DNA of 57,019 nucleotides from an uncultured Gammaproteobacteria bacterium (GCA_964352335.1 CAYGRO010000006.1:4903-61921), one strand, 5' to 3'; positions 1 through 10,351 are shown, numbered from the stretch's first letter. Numbers and translations are program-made. Notes: generated by a model from the sequence alone, not told the origin.

Positions 1-153
1 CTCATTGGACTTATCTTGATTCTCATGTCTTATTCATTGGCTACTTTTGTCGTTCGTCGTTTACAAAAAGATACAGCCAGCTTTGGCAGTGGCGGTACCT
101 ATGGTATTTCAACAGATGGTGTTGAATTAGGCCCAGTAGGAACTTTTAGATAA
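1..153 (+). CDS. 3' end of a membrane protein, probably a CPR-type pilin-like (TrbC/VirB2-like) protein; partial
   Basis: Frame 1 reads LIGLILILMSYSLATFVVRRLQ...GTFR* to TAA at 151-153. The hydrophobic IGLILIL-SY-L--FV segment resembles the C-terminal helix of CPR pilin-like proteins. Truncated by the window edge. Confidence 0.5.
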   Translation, partial: LIGLILILMSYSLATFVVRRLQKDTASFGSGGTYGISTDGVELGPVGTFR

Positions 154-1168
154 ATTTCTTTTTAAATTCTTCTAAACTAAATTTGTCCCGGATAACTTCC
201 GGGCCTTTTTTTCGATAATATTCCATCCAGTCTGGGTGATTATATAAATTAACAATATGTTGAGCTAAAACATGTGAATTTCTTGGCTCAAATAAGAGAC
301 CTGTTTTTCCTGGTTCAATCAATTCATCATTAATGCCAATAGAAGAAGCAATAATAGGAATTCCTTGTGCAAAGGCATGTAAATACACTGGATTGAATCC
401 TTGTGGTTGTTCATCTGGCATTACAACAACATCAAAGTTTGGCAAAAAGCGGTGATACTGGTCCATGGTAGAAACAAATTGTACTCGCATACGTAAATCT
501 AAATGACTAACAAGCCACTGAAGTTGTTTTCTTTCTGGACCGTCACCAACAATAATAACTGTTAATTGTGGAATGATTTCTCTATTTCTATGCAATGCTT
601 GTAAAACAGTTTCAATCCCTTGTTTTGGAAGAAGGGGAGAAACAATACCAACAATGAAAGATTGATGTGGTTCTTTTTCAATAATTTGTTTAGGAGTAAT
701 ATACGAGGGGTAAATTTGTTGTATTTTTTCCTTATCAATAAATTTTGACCATGATATTTGAATTCGTTTTGAAAGTGCAATAAATGCCAGATCTTCTTGA
801 TGCTTTTTGTAGAATTTTTTTATTGCCTGGTTAAGAACAGTTGATTCTAAAATCGGAAGTAATTGGATAAATCGATATTTTTTTAAATCAGCTGGCTTTA
901 AGTACAAGACAGAATCAAGGTCGGTTAAAATAATGGTTGCCCCTTCTGCAATTGGGGCAAGCATATGCAAAACGTCTTTCCGTTTTGTCATGGAAGATAA
1001 ACGTGTTGGTGTCTGGTCCGCAGAAAATAAGCCAGTAGAGTAGTAAGCTTTAGAATCAATTTCCCCATTTGTATAAAGAAGGCATTCTGAAAGAACCTCT
1101 TGTGAAGAGCGAATAAATGCTTGTGTTGCCTCTGTTGCAGGTAGATCTGTGAATTGAAGGAAATGCAT
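146..1168 (-). CDS. Glycosyltransferase family 4 (GT-B) protein with a degenerate catalytic motif
   Basis: C-terminal GT4 domain (KQGIET, IVGDGPER, GIPIIAS, KTGLLF). The usual EGFGxxxLEA motif reads QGFNPVYLHA. Confidence 0.8.
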   Translation of the reverse strand: MHFLQFTDLPATEATQAFIRSSQEVLSECLLYTNGEIDSKAYYSTGLFSADQTPTRLSSMTKRKDVLHMLAPIAEGATIILTDLDSVLYLKPADLKKYRFIQLLPILESTVLNQAIKKFYKKHQEDLAFIALSKRIQISWSKFIDKEKIQQIYPSYITPKQIIEKEPHQSFIVGIVSPLLPKQGIETVLQALHRNREIIPQLTVIIVGDGPERKQLQWLVSHLDLRMRVQFVSTMDQYHRFLPNFDVVVMPDEQPQGFNPVYLHAFAQGIPIIASSIGINDELIEPGKTGLLFEPRNSHVLAQHIVNLYNHPDWMEYYRKKGPEVIRDKFSLEEFKKKFI

Positions 1169-1170
1169 GA

Positions 1171-2601
1171 TTACATTCGTTGTTTTCGCAATGTGAGTAG
1201 GTCGAGTAAGAATTCACGCGAAACGGCTTTTGTTAATAAAAGCATAATGGCATAAATTGGAATGGCAAGCAAAATTTGGATAAGATAATGCCAAGAACTT
1301 GTAAGCCATAGCCCTAATGCCATCACCCCACAAGAAATAAGAGCTGACCCCCATCGTTTAAATGATGGGCGAATACCGCTATATTTTAAATATAAGAGGA
1401 AGATGATAAGCGAAACAACAGATTCAGTGATAATGGTCATCCCTGCAGCCCCTAATGGACCATAGAGTGGAATAAAGATTAAATATCCAATCAATCCGGC
1501 AATTGCAGCAATACCATAGGCCCAAATAGTTTGTTTTTGTTTATCCAAGGCAACAATGGCATGGGAGAAGACGGCATTAAAGAAAATAATTCCACTTGCC
1601 CAAATCAGTAATTGTAAAAGCAGTCCTGATTCTCTAAACTCTTCTCCAGCCACAAGCGACATAACATCTGCACCAACAAAAAGTGTTCCAATAATAATTG
1701 GCCAAGCCATTAAACTCATGGCATCAAACCCTTGTTGTATAAGTCGAGCAAATTTATCTTTGTCTCCCGTTTTCCAGTAATGAGAAAGTAGTGGGAGTAA
1801 TAACCCTGCAAATAATAATGGAAATGTTGTTAAAACCTCAATCACTTTATAGGCAGCTCCATAAAGCCCTACTTCTTCTGGTGATCTTGTAACAGAGAGC
1901 ACGATAATATCCGTTTTTAAATAAAGGAGGTTTAAGGCAATGCTTACCGCAATAGGCCAAGTTTTTGACCAAATATCTTTCCAAATAGGCAAATGAATGG
2001 CCAAATAGACTCTGCCATATTTTTTTGCAGGAATAACAAGCAAAACCAATTGAATAGCATTACTTAATATGACCGAAATCAAAATAGCAAATAATCCCCA
2101 TTGGAAAACAACAGAGAGAATAACCGCGAGTAGTAAAAAGACACGATTTCCGACTTCTGCTAAAGACACATATTGCATGGATAAATGCTTTTGGTAGTAG
2201 CCAATGAAAATTTGAGTAATGCTCATGAAGAAAAAAGAGAGAGTTGTCATGGCAATATCGAGTTTTACAAATCCAGGGTAAGGAAAAAAGAGTACAACTA
2301 AAGGGGCAATTCCTAAAAAGATAATTGCAGAGATAATTCTTAAAGAAAGGATATTAGCAAAAAGCTGGTCATTATCCCATTTACTATGACCAAGCATTCC
2401 GGCAGTGGTTAGGCTTAGTCCAAAATCGACAAGGATTCCAAAGAACTGAAGAAATCCCATGATGGTGGTGTAATACCCAAAGCCTTCGGTTCCCAAATAA
2501 CGAGTAATAAACCCAATAGTAAATAATCCCAGGATTGTTCCAAGGATTTTACCGATATATTGGATAATTGTATGTTGGGCAATTTTACGATCGAGCGACA
2601 T
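1171..2601 (-). CDS. Wzx-like polysaccharide/oligosaccharide flippase
   Basis: 476-aa polytopic membrane protein with TRYLGTEGFGYY, DFGLS, DIIVLS and VGLYGAAYK motifs; next to a glycosyltransferase. Confidence 0.9.
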   Translation of the reverse strand: MSLDRKIAQHTIIQYIGKILGTILGLFTIGFITRYLGTEGFGYYTTIMGFLQFFGILVDFGLSLTTAGMLGHSKWDNDQLFANILSLRIISAIIFLGIAPLVVLFFPYPGFVKLDIAMTTLSFFFMSITQIFIGYYQKHLSMQYVSLAEVGNRVFLLLAVILSVVFQWGLFAILISVILSNAIQLVLLVIPAKKYGRVYLAIHLPIWKDIWSKTWPIAVSIALNLLYLKTDIIVLSVTRSPEEVGLYGAAYKVIEVLTTFPLLFAGLLLPLLSHYWKTGDKDKFARLIQQGFDAMSLMAWPIIIGTLFVGADVMSLVAGEEFRESGLLLQLLIWASGIIFFNAVFSHAIVALDKQKQTIWAYGIAAIAGLIGYLIFIPLYGPLGAAGMTIITESVVSLIIFLLYLKYSGIRPSFKRWGSALISCGVMALGLWLTSSWHYLIQILLAIPIYAIMLLLTKAVSREFLLDLLTLRKQRM

Positions 2602-2605
2602 ATCT

Positions 2606-2677
2606 TCGAATCTACAAATTATGACGAATCTACAAACTACAAATCATTCGTAGATTTGTGTGAATTTGTAGATTTGA
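2606..2677. repeat. ~72-bp palindromic element, ATCTAC family, copy 1
   Basis: TCGAATCTACAAATT...GAATCTAC...GTAGATT...AATTTGTAGATTTGA; related copies at 6211 and 13098. Confidence 0.85.
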
Positions 2678-2729
2678 TACCTTGATTTTCAGTGCTGATA
2701 TGTTACCATCATAGTATACAAAAATAGAT

Positions 2730-5180
2730 ATGAAAAGGATTCTTTTAGCTAAATCTCACGTATTTCGATCTTTATCGGCTTGGTTCACTGGTGGTGTAAA
2801 AAAGGCCACATCATTAACTATCTTTACAGCTGTATTGGCTGTTTTTTTGATGCCTTTCCCTCAACTAGTTGTTTCTGCTGCTCAATCTGAATGGAACGCA
2901 CAAGAAGTGGTTCGCAGTCATAAAAGTATCAAAATGAAACCAGGTTCAGCCCTTACTTTTGAGATTCATTTCAAAAATATGGGGAATACAACTTGGAAAA
3001 ACACAGGCTCTTCTTTTGTGGCCCTAGCAACCGTAGACCCAGAAAAAAGATCTAGTGTTTTTCGCCATTCATTATGGCCCGATGAAATTTATAGACCAGC
3101 CTATTTATTGCAAGAACAAGTTAAGCCAGGAGAAATAGGTTTTTTCCGTTTTCCTCTACAAGCCCCAGATAAAGAAGGGGAGTATAAAGAAGTTTTTCAA
3201 GCTGTTGCAAAAAATGCCGCATGGCTAGAAGGGACAAAATTTACTATCCCTATTACCGTAACAGCAAATCCAGAAGGCCCAAAGCAAGTTGAAGTTCCTA
3301 CAACCACGCAAACAACGTCAGAAACAAGCAAAGTAGAATCAGATGCAGATTATGTCATTAAACAAGATTATCCGGTTCGAGATACTTCGTATTCAGCTCA
3401 GTGGCTAGGAGGAAATAAGATTAATTTATCTGCAATTGGTGGGGAAACCATTGTACAAAAACTTCAAGTAAAAAATACAGGAACAAAAACCTGGACATCA
3501 TCTGGTTCTCGTTATCTTTCTGCTTATACGGTAAGACCTAATTATCATCAATCAGATTTTTATACAGCTGGTGGTTCCTGGGTAGATGCAACGCAAATTA
3601 AAATGAAAAGCGAAACAATTAAACCTGGAGAGATTGCAGAATTTGAGATTACATTAAAAATTCCTACAACCTTTGCAAGTTATAATGAACAAATTCGACT
3701 AGCGGTAGAGAATTATTCATGGGTAAAAGAAGGGGAATTACATATACAAATTGATTCACGTCCAAAAGACCAGCCGACAATTACCACTCCAGTTAATAAG
3801 CCTGTCGTAGAAAGCAATAATCAACCCCAAACAGGTACGACGATTTTTAAAGACACGAACTATAAGGCACAATTTTTAATCAGTGGTGGTTCTGTTGAGT
3901 TAAAACCGGGTGAGACTGCTACCTATAGAGTCGGATTTAAAAATACTGGGACGACAACTTGGAATAGTAGTGGAAATCGATTTATTTCTCTCTATACAAT
4001 TGAACCAAGCTATCGAGAATCTCGTTTTGCTAGTGGTTCTGCTGGTTTAAATTCAGGCTGGATTGCAAAAAATCAAGTAAAAATGCAAGGAACTGGTATC
4101 GCTCCAGGTCAATTAGCCTTTTTTGATTTTTCTCTTACGGCTCCAGCTACCCCAGGAAATTATACAGAAAAATTTAGATTGGCTGCCGAAGACTTAACTT
4201 GGGTGCAAGGAGGAGAATTAAGTATTTCTATCTCAGTTGCTCAAACAACAACATTACCAGTGATCACAAATCCACAAACAGGTCAGCTAGGAAATTTAGG
4301 GCCAATCATGCGGGTTGGTGTTATTTCTTCCGATCAAATATTTAGCATAACTGCCGATAGTCCTTTTGAAGTTCAAACAGGTTCTGGGACAACTCTTGTT
4401 TCATTGCCAGCCAAGACAGAAGTAAATATTTCTTATAATCAGGCAACCAGACAGTATTCATTACAATCTGCAGCTTTTTCTACAACAAGCGCAGAGTATA
4501 TGGTTGTAAAAGCATTAGATCATTTTACTATCATGGAATTACTTTCTTTAGAAAGACGCTTACCATGGAACCCAGCCGTAAATGAAAACTTATTTAGAGG
4601 TTCATTAGAAATTCGACATAGCGATGCAACAAATAAAACATGGGTAATCAATATTTTACCAATGGAACAATATTTAAAAGGGATTGCAGAAACAAGTTCA
4701 GAGTCTCCTGTTGAGTTTTTAAAAGTCATGAGTGTGGCAGCAAGAACCTATGCAAGCTATCATTATGAACGACAAACAAAACATGCCGACGAACACTTTT
4801 ATGTTGATTCTCAATTCGATCAAGTGTATAAAGGATATGCCCTAGAAAAGCGTCACCCACGGCTGGTAGAGGCTGTTGATGCAACTACAGGAGAAGTGGT
4901 AACCTGGACTGACCCACAAACAGGGGAAACAAAAATCGCGATTACCCCTTATTTTTCAAGCTCTGACGGCCGAACCCGTTCTTGGTCAGAAGTTTGGGGA
5001 GGAGAAGTCGCTTGGGCAAAATCAGTTCCCGTTCCTCACGATATTGGAAAAGCTTTATTAGGGCATGGTGTAGGAATGTCTGCTCGTGGCGGCCTACTTA
5101 TGGTGGTAGAAGATAATGCCACTTATGATGAGGTTTTAAAGTACTTTTTTACAGGGATTAATATTGAAGATAGATACTAA
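2730..5180 (+). CDS. Secreted SpoIID/LytB-domain protein with three NBR1-like Ig (FW) repeats
   Basis: N-terminal hydrophobic segment. Three repeats of FKNxGxxTW...V/IxPGExxxF...P...YxExF. C-terminal SpoIID motifs MEQYLKGIAE, AARTYA, DQVYKG and GHGVGMS. Confidence 0.88.
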   Translation: MKRILLAKSHVFRSLSAWFTGGVKKATSLTIFTAVLAVFLMPFPQLVVSAAQSEWNAQEVVRSHKSIKMKPGSALTFEIHFKNMGNTTWKNTGSSFVALATVDPEKRSSVFRHSLWPDEIYRPAYLLQEQVKPGEIGFFRFPLQAPDKEGEYKEVFQAVAKNAAWLEGTKFTIPITVTANPEGPKQVEVPTTTQTTSETSKVESDADYVIKQDYPVRDTSYSAQWLGGNKINLSAIGGETIVQKLQVKNTGTKTWTSSGSRYLSAYTVRPNYHQSDFYTAGGSWVDATQIKMKSETIKPGEIAEFEITLKIPTTFASYNEQIRLAVENYSWVKEGELHIQIDSRPKDQPTITTPVNKPVVESNNQPQTGTTIFKDTNYKAQFLISGGSVELKPGETATYRVGFKNTGTTTWNSSGNRFISLYTIEPSYRESRFASGSAGLNSGWIAKNQVKMQGTGIAPGQLAFFDFSLTAPATPGNYTEKFRLAAEDLTWVQGGELSISISVAQTTTLPVITNPQTGQLGNLGPIMRVGVISSDQIFSITADSPFEVQTGSGTTLVSLPAKTEVNISYNQATRQYSLQSAAFSTTSAEYMVVKALDHFTIMELLSLERRLPWNPAVNENLFRGSLEIRHSDATNKTWVINILPMEQYLKGIAETSSESPVEFLKVMSVAARTYASYHYERQTKHADEHFYVDSQFDQVYKGYALEKRHPRLVEAVDATTGEVVTWTDPQTGETKIAITPYFSSSDGRTRSWSEVWGGEVAWAKSVPVPHDIGKALLGHGVGMSARGGLLMVVEDNATYDEVLKYFFTGINIEDRY

Positions 5181-5246
5181 GAACAACTCACCACTGATAA
5201 CAAACAACTGACTTTGGGGCGCTTATAACTCATAACCCACAACTCA

Positions 5247-6227
5247 ATGCTTTTATTTCTTCATGGCTCTGATACTTTTCGTTCTCGGCAAAAGTTAAAA
5301 GAGCTTACCGATAAATTTAAAAAGGAAGTTGACCCACAAGGATATAATCTATCCGTTTTTCTTGGTGGAGAAATTGAGTTTTCAAAAATCATGGATGCCT
5401 TAAATGCCTCTCCTTTTATGGCGAGTAAGCGCATGATTGTTGTAGAAGAACTTTCTAAATCAAAGCTATCAGACAAAGAAGAAGAATCTCTTTTAGCTCA
5501 AATAGAAAAGCTGATGGAAGATGAAACAATTTTGATTATTTGGGAAGGTGCTTTAGGAAAAAGAGATTTAAAAAAGAAGTTATTTACTGCAGTGCAAAAA
5601 ACAAAATATATTTTGCCATTTGAATCTTGGAATGCACAACAAATCGCTGGTTGGATAAATCAAGAATTACAAAAAGAGGGGATTGCCATAGATGGTGCCG
5701 CTTTGCAGTATCTTTCATTGGCTATTGGAGAAAACCTTTGGCAAGCTTCGTCAGAAAAAGATAAGCTTATTGCTTATGCTCAAGGGAATAAGTTAACAAA
5801 CTTAGATGTAAAAGCTGTTTCTCTTCTTATTGCAGGTGGTTCGCAAGATAATATTTTCGCTTTAGTAGATTCCATTAGCCAAGGAAATGAAAAAGAAGCG
5901 CTTAAACGATTACATGACCAACTAAAATCTGGAAGCCATGAATTAGAAGTCCTAACCATGATTATTCGCCAATATAGAATCCTGACCCAAGTACAAGACG
6001 GTCTTCAAAATGGAATGACATCAGACCAAATTGCTAAAGAATATGGGATGCACCCTTTTGTGGTAAAAAAGATTTCCACCCAAGCAAGAAGTTTTGATCA
6101 ACAGAGTTTACAGAAAGCCTATGCACTTCTTAAAAACGTCGATAAAAAAATGAAGTCATCAGGATTATCTATGACGACATTATTATCGACCACTACCGAG
6201 AAATTAGTGCTCGAATCTACAAATTAG
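5247..6227 (+). CDS. holA: DNA polymerase III delta subunit
   Basis: LHGSDTF start, SPFMASKRMIVV, IFALVD and HPFVVKK motifs; convergent with rpsT. Confidence 0.93.
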   Translation: MLLFLHGSDTFRSRQKLKELTDKFKKEVDPQGYNLSVFLGGEIEFSKIMDALNASPFMASKRMIVVEELSKSKLSDKEEESLLAQIEKLMEDETILIIWEGALGKRDLKKKLFTAVQKTKYILPFESWNAQQIAGWINQELQKEGIAIDGAALQYLSLAIGENLWQASSEKDKLIAYAQGNKLTNLDVKAVSLLIAGGSQDNIFALVDSISQGNEKEALKRLHDQLKSGSHELEVLTMIIRQYRILTQVQDGLQNGMTSDQIAKEYGMHPFVVKKISTQARSFDQQSLQKAYALLKNVDKKMKSSGLSMTTLLSTTTEKLVLESTN

Positions 6228-6282
6228 AACGAATCTACCAATAGTTCATACTTCGTAGATTCGTTCTAATTTGTAGATTCGA
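6211..6282. repeat. ATCTAC-family palindromic element, copy 2 (overlaps the holA 3' end)
   Basis: TCGAATCTACAAATTAGAACGAATCTAC / GTAGATTCGTTCTAATTTGTAGATTCGA perfect arms. Confidence 0.88.
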
Positions 6283-6286
6283 AATC

Positions 6287-6320
6287 AAAAAAGCCCTCGA
6301 AAATCGAGGACTCTTTTTTT
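6287..6320. terminator. Bidirectional intrinsic terminator between holA and rpsT
   Basis: AAAAAG-CCCTCGA-AAA-TCGAGGA-CTCTTTTTTTT between convergent genes. Confidence 0.7.
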
Positions 6321-6588
6321 ATTTGGCTTCTTGTAAGTCTCGGACTGTTTTAATCAATCGAGATTTTTTTCTAGCAACAGTGTTTTTCTTTAAAATTCCT
6401 TTTTGTTGTGCTTTGTCTAAAGCTTTGATAGTTGCTTTAAGCGATTCAGTCGCTTTAGCATCTTTTGCTTCAGCTTGTTGCTTTGTTTGCTTTGTAAGGT
6501 ATTTGATATTTACCTTAACATCGGTATTACGTTCTTCTCGTGCATACGATTGACGTAAAGCCTTTTTCGCATTTCTTAATTGTGGCAT
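6319..6588 (-). CDS. rpsT: 30S ribosomal protein S20
   Basis: MPQLRNAKKALRQS...LDKAQQKGILKKNTVARKKSRL. Confidence 0.97.
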   Translation of the reverse strand: MPQLRNAKKALRQSYAREERNTDVKVNIKYLTKQTKQQAEAKDAKATESLKATIKALDKAQQKGILKKNTVARKKSRLIKTVRDLQEAK

Positions 6589-6714
6589 AAGTTGAATTTA
6601 TTGAGTTGAAAGGTTCTTTATTTTCTATGGCTTCCGGGAGAGCTTTCCATTCACCATAAATGACTGAGTGAGGGTATTTAACAGGATTTTGGGATTATTG
6701 TCAAGGATTTTTCC

Positions 6715-6840
6715 CTTACCGCCCCCTCAATCCCCCTCCTAGCTTTCGGCCATGAGCTCAAGTCGAATGGAAGGAGGGGGAAGTACTAAGGGCTCTAATT
6801 TTTCTCTCCCCTCCTTCTAGGAGGGGTCGGGGGCGGTAAG
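6715..6840. repeat. GC-rich REP-like palindrome (TTACCGCCCCC...GGGGGCGGTAA family) with a nested 28-bp insert
   Basis: Terminal inverted repeats and an internal CCCCTCC/GGAGGGG doublet; homologous to 24167 and 52093. Confidence 0.9.
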
Positions 6841-6848
6841 CGATATTC

Positions 6849-9056
6849 CTATTCCCTACTTTCTCTCAGGTTATTTAAAAACCCAATGAGCTTCTTCCTA
6901 TAAACCCCTCCCAAAACCCCAGCCACACTCACCGAACCACTTAATCCCATCCAGACAAATGGAGATAAGGTATTCGCTTCACTGGCTTCAACTTCTGAAC
7001 GATTAGTTTCTTCTTCTAAAACTACCTCCACTATTTCTGGGGCTTCTGCCACAATATCATCGATCGTTCTTGGGACAAGAGTTTTTTCCTCTTTTTTTCT
7101 TTTTACAATTCCTGTCACGGTAATATCTAAACCACTTTCATAGGTCGGCAAACCAGCTGGAGGAGTAATAATAAATTCATCACCATTATAATCGATCAAC
7201 AATTCTTTGGTAGTTTGTTCAATGAGTTTTCCTTTTACTATAGCCAAGACATTATTATCGGCAACGGCAAAATCAATTGGCTCTATTAATTCGGTGCCTT
7301 CTACTGCAATAGATTCTTTCTCCCGAATCAATAGTCGATCTCCATTTTGTGTCACTGACTTTTCACCAGTAATAGAAACAAGATCCCCATTTGTTAATTT
7401 TGGCCAATCAGCATTATGAAAATAGAGCTCAATTCCTATTGGTGGACTAGCATTAATACTTTGAAGAATAGCTGTCCGCTTTTGAAACAGCCCAGGAGAA
7501 GCAATAATCACGCCTGATACTGTGACCTTTTCACCTTCATCAATAGTAGACCAATCATCAAGGGGAATAGCTTTAATAATAGGAGTTGCTTTTACTTTCT
7601 TAGAAGAAGCACTCACTTTTTGTTCCTCATCATCACCATCTCCTTCTTCACCTGATGCATCGTCAATGCTCCCAGATCCTTGATTCTCTTCCTGAGGTGT
7701 TGGTAAGTCCGTCTCTTCCCATTCATTCTCAAATCTTGCCCAGCTTTTTCCTTCGCTACTTGTTTCATAAGTAAATTCATCAATAATTTCATTGTCAATC
7801 AAAAGTGTAATTGTCTCATTTGAATTATTAAGCGCAATCGAGCTTTCACTTTTTTCCAAAAGGTAGTATTCACCAGCTAAGAGTACTTGATCAGTAAAGA
7901 AAAACGATTTTGACGTATCTGTAATTTCTAAACCAGAAAGCTGAACCGTTTCATCACTTGTATTATAAAGCTCCACCCATTCAGCGGAATCACTTCCCAC
8001 GGGATTTGGCATTAATTCATTCAAGATTATCTGATTCAGGTTTTCATCAAATAGATCTTCCACCGTTTCATCACTATCCTCATTCTGAGTATCATCCTCT
8101 TCTTCGCTTGATCCTTGATTTTCTTCTTCCGTTTCTTCAGGTTCAACATTTTCTGGTTCAAGATTCGTTTTTCCTGGGGTTGGGAATTGTTCATACCAAG
8201 AATCTATTGGTTGATAATTCCAACTTTTTCCTTCTGTCGCCTTTTCATAAGTGAGCTCGTGAACAAGCTTATTAAATGGATCCGTTAAGGTAATTGTTTC
8301 TGCTCCATTATTTAAGGCAATAGAAGTTGTTGTTCGTTTTAAGACTAAATAATTATGGGGTTGTATAATCACGGGTTCCAGCACATATTCCTTGCTTGCG
8401 TCTGCAATAATCCACCGTTCTAAATTGATTGAACGATTTTCTGTATTATAAAGCTCAATAAACTCTCCCTCTATTTCATCCCCCAAAGGATTAGCAAAGA
8501 CTTCATTGATCACAATGGTTCCTGATTCAAGTGGCTGTGCTGGGGTTTCGTCATCATCATTTGGCGAGGTGTCATTAATGATATCTTCAGAACAGAGAGG
8601 CTCATCAATAAAAAGATTTGCTCTTCCTGCTGTTGGAAAATAGGTTATTTGTATTTCCTCATCAACCTTAATCAGGCTCGAACCCAATTCATTTGACGGG
8701 GGTAATTCCCATTCATCAATAACTTCTTCTTGATCATTCACCAGTCGGATTACTTCGGTATTTGTAAAAGGAGTGTTTTCTTCTTCAGAAGAAAGAGTGA
8801 TTATCAGATATTGTTTTTCAGAAATGACATACTGAAGCATGAATTGTTCTGATAAATCATTTTCAAAATGCCAGTCGGTTAAATCAATTGGGGTTTCGTT
8901 TTCTGAATATAATTCAATCCAGGGCTGATCATTTTCGAGAGGGGAGAGCATCACCTCATTTATACGAATAGGGGCTTGAACCTCTTCTGATTGTGCATTT
9001 GTCAACAAAGGAAATAAAACGACGAATAAAAAAGCACCCAAATAAATTCTTTTCAT
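6849..9056 (-). CDS. Surface protein with three lamin-tail domains, acidic linkers, an OB-fold-like region and a C-terminal membrane anchor
   Basis: Signal peptide. Three I/LNEV/L..P....EW/FI/VELYN...PTP repeats. D/E-rich spacers, a VTVSGVI...GDLVSITG OB-like segment and a C-terminal TM helix with a basic tail. Confidence 0.85.
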   Translation of the reverse strand: MKRIYLGAFLFVVLFPLLTNAQSEEVQAPIRINEVMLSPLENDQPWIELYSENETPIDLTDWHFENDLSEQFMLQYVISEKQYLIITLSSEEENTPFTNTEVIRLVNDQEEVIDEWELPPSNELGSSLIKVDEEIQITYFPTAGRANLFIDEPLCSEDIINDTSPNDDDETPAQPLESGTIVINEVFANPLGDEIEGEFIELYNTENRSINLERWIIADASKEYVLEPVIIQPHNYLVLKRTTTSIALNNGAETITLTDPFNKLVHELTYEKATEGKSWNYQPIDSWYEQFPTPGKTNLEPENVEPEETEEENQGSSEEEDDTQNEDSDETVEDLFDENLNQIILNELMPNPVGSDSAEWVELYNTSDETVQLSGLEITDTSKSFFFTDQVLLAGEYYLLEKSESSIALNNSNETITLLIDNEIIDEFTYETSSEGKSWARFENEWEETDLPTPQEENQGSGSIDDASGEEGDGDDEEQKVSASSKKVKATPIIKAIPLDDWSTIDEGEKVTVSGVIIASPGLFQKRTAILQSINASPPIGIELYFHNADWPKLTNGDLVSITGEKSVTQNGDRLLIREKESIAVEGTELIEPIDFAVADNNVLAIVKGKLIEQTTKELLIDYNGDEFIITPPAGLPTYESGLDITVTGIVKRKKEEKTLVPRTIDDIVAEAPEIVEVVLEEETNRSEVEASEANTLSPFVWMGLSGSVSVAGVLGGVYRKKLIGFLNNLRESRE

Positions 9057-9187
9057 AGAATAGTGTCTGGGGCAAAATTAAGTAATAAAAAAGCTATCGC
9101 AATTTGCGATAGCAAGGTGTGGGGCTGTTAAAAACAGTATAACACAAAAGAGATCAAAGAAAAAATCTCTGCAAGTACAGAGATTTT

Positions 9188-10351
9188 TTACATAAATTGT
9201 CTTGGAAGTGGATTTAGTTTTTGTTCTATTTTTGAGCGTTTTTTGCGAACATGCCTATATGCTTCAACAGTATTTTTTGCAATAATTTCCCAATTGTAAT
9301 TTTTGGCAACATGATCTCGTCCTTTTTCTTTATATTGTTTTACGATTTCAGGATGAGTTAATAAGAACTGTAATTTCTTTGCTAAGTCATTCGTATTTCC
9401 TGATTCAAACGCATATCCAACTTTTTCCATGACTTCCATATTTTCGGGAATATCACTAGCAAGAACGGCTTGTTTATAACTAAGTGCTTCTAGCAAAGCA
9501 ATAGAAAGTCCTTCAGATAATGATGGTTGAACAAAGAGATAGGCATGTTCAAATAATGCTTTTAAGACATCACCAGATTGTTTGCCTGTAAAGATAATTT
9601 TATCATTTCCTTTGGCCAGAGCATGTAATTCTTGAACATAATCATCTGTATATTCTGCACCACCAACGATTACAAGTTTCTTGGTTGTTTCTAATTGTTT
9701 ATAAGCATCAATTAAAAAGTGCAATCCTTTATGTCGAATCAATCGAGAAATAGCAACAATGTATTCACCAGATTCTAATCCCCATTCTTTTAATAAAGCG
9801 GGGTCACTATTTAATTCTGGCAAAGGCACTCCATTTGGAATATAAATTCCATCGGCATTATACTCTTCTTTAATATGCTTTTTTAATCCACGAGATACTG
9901 TAATAGGTAAATGAGACAGAGATGCTGCAATACGTTCACCAAGTCTTAAGGCAAATCGAGCAAAGGCTCCCCATTTTTGATGATGATAATCTGAACAGTG
10001 AATAGTAGAGATAACTTTAGATCCTGGTTTCATTAATCGAGCAAATGGCACGAGTAAAGAAGGTCCAATCGCATGAATATGAATAATGTCTACATTTTTT
10101 CGTTTAACTAAATCAAGAATAGAAAAAAATGTATGTACAATAGCTTCTAAATGTTTTGTATAAATGGTAGGTGTATATAAAATATGTATACCTTTGTATT
10201 TGGCTATATCAGATTGTGTATATCCTTTTCGAGAGTAAACAAAAACTTCTTGCCCTTCTTTTACAAGTCGGGTTGCAAGTTCTTCTACATGTCTTTCGAC
10301 TCCACCACCATGTGCTGGAATACCTTTTTGACCAAGGATATAAACGTTCAT
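9188..10351 (-). CDS. Glycosyltransferase family 4
   Basis: GIPAHGGGVERHVEEL, RLIRHKG and SEGLSIALLEA motifs intact. Confidence 0.93.
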   Translation of the reverse strand: MNVYILGQKGIPAHGGGVERHVEELATRLVKEGQEVFVYSRKGYTQSDIAKYKGIHILYTPTIYTKHLEAIVHTFFSILDLVKRKNVDIIHIHAIGPSLLVPFARLMKPGSKVISTIHCSDYHHQKWGAFARFALRLGERIAASLSHLPITVSRGLKKHIKEEYNADGIYIPNGVPLPELNSDPALLKEWGLESGEYIVAISRLIRHKGLHFLIDAYKQLETTKKLVIVGGAEYTDDYVQELHALAKGNDKIIFTGKQSGDVLKALFEHAYLFVQPSLSEGLSIALLEALSYKQAVLASDIPENMEVMEKVGYAFESGNTNDLAKKLQFLLTHPEIVKQYKEKGRDHVAKNYNWEIIAKNTVEAYRHVRKKRSKIEQKLNPLPRQFM

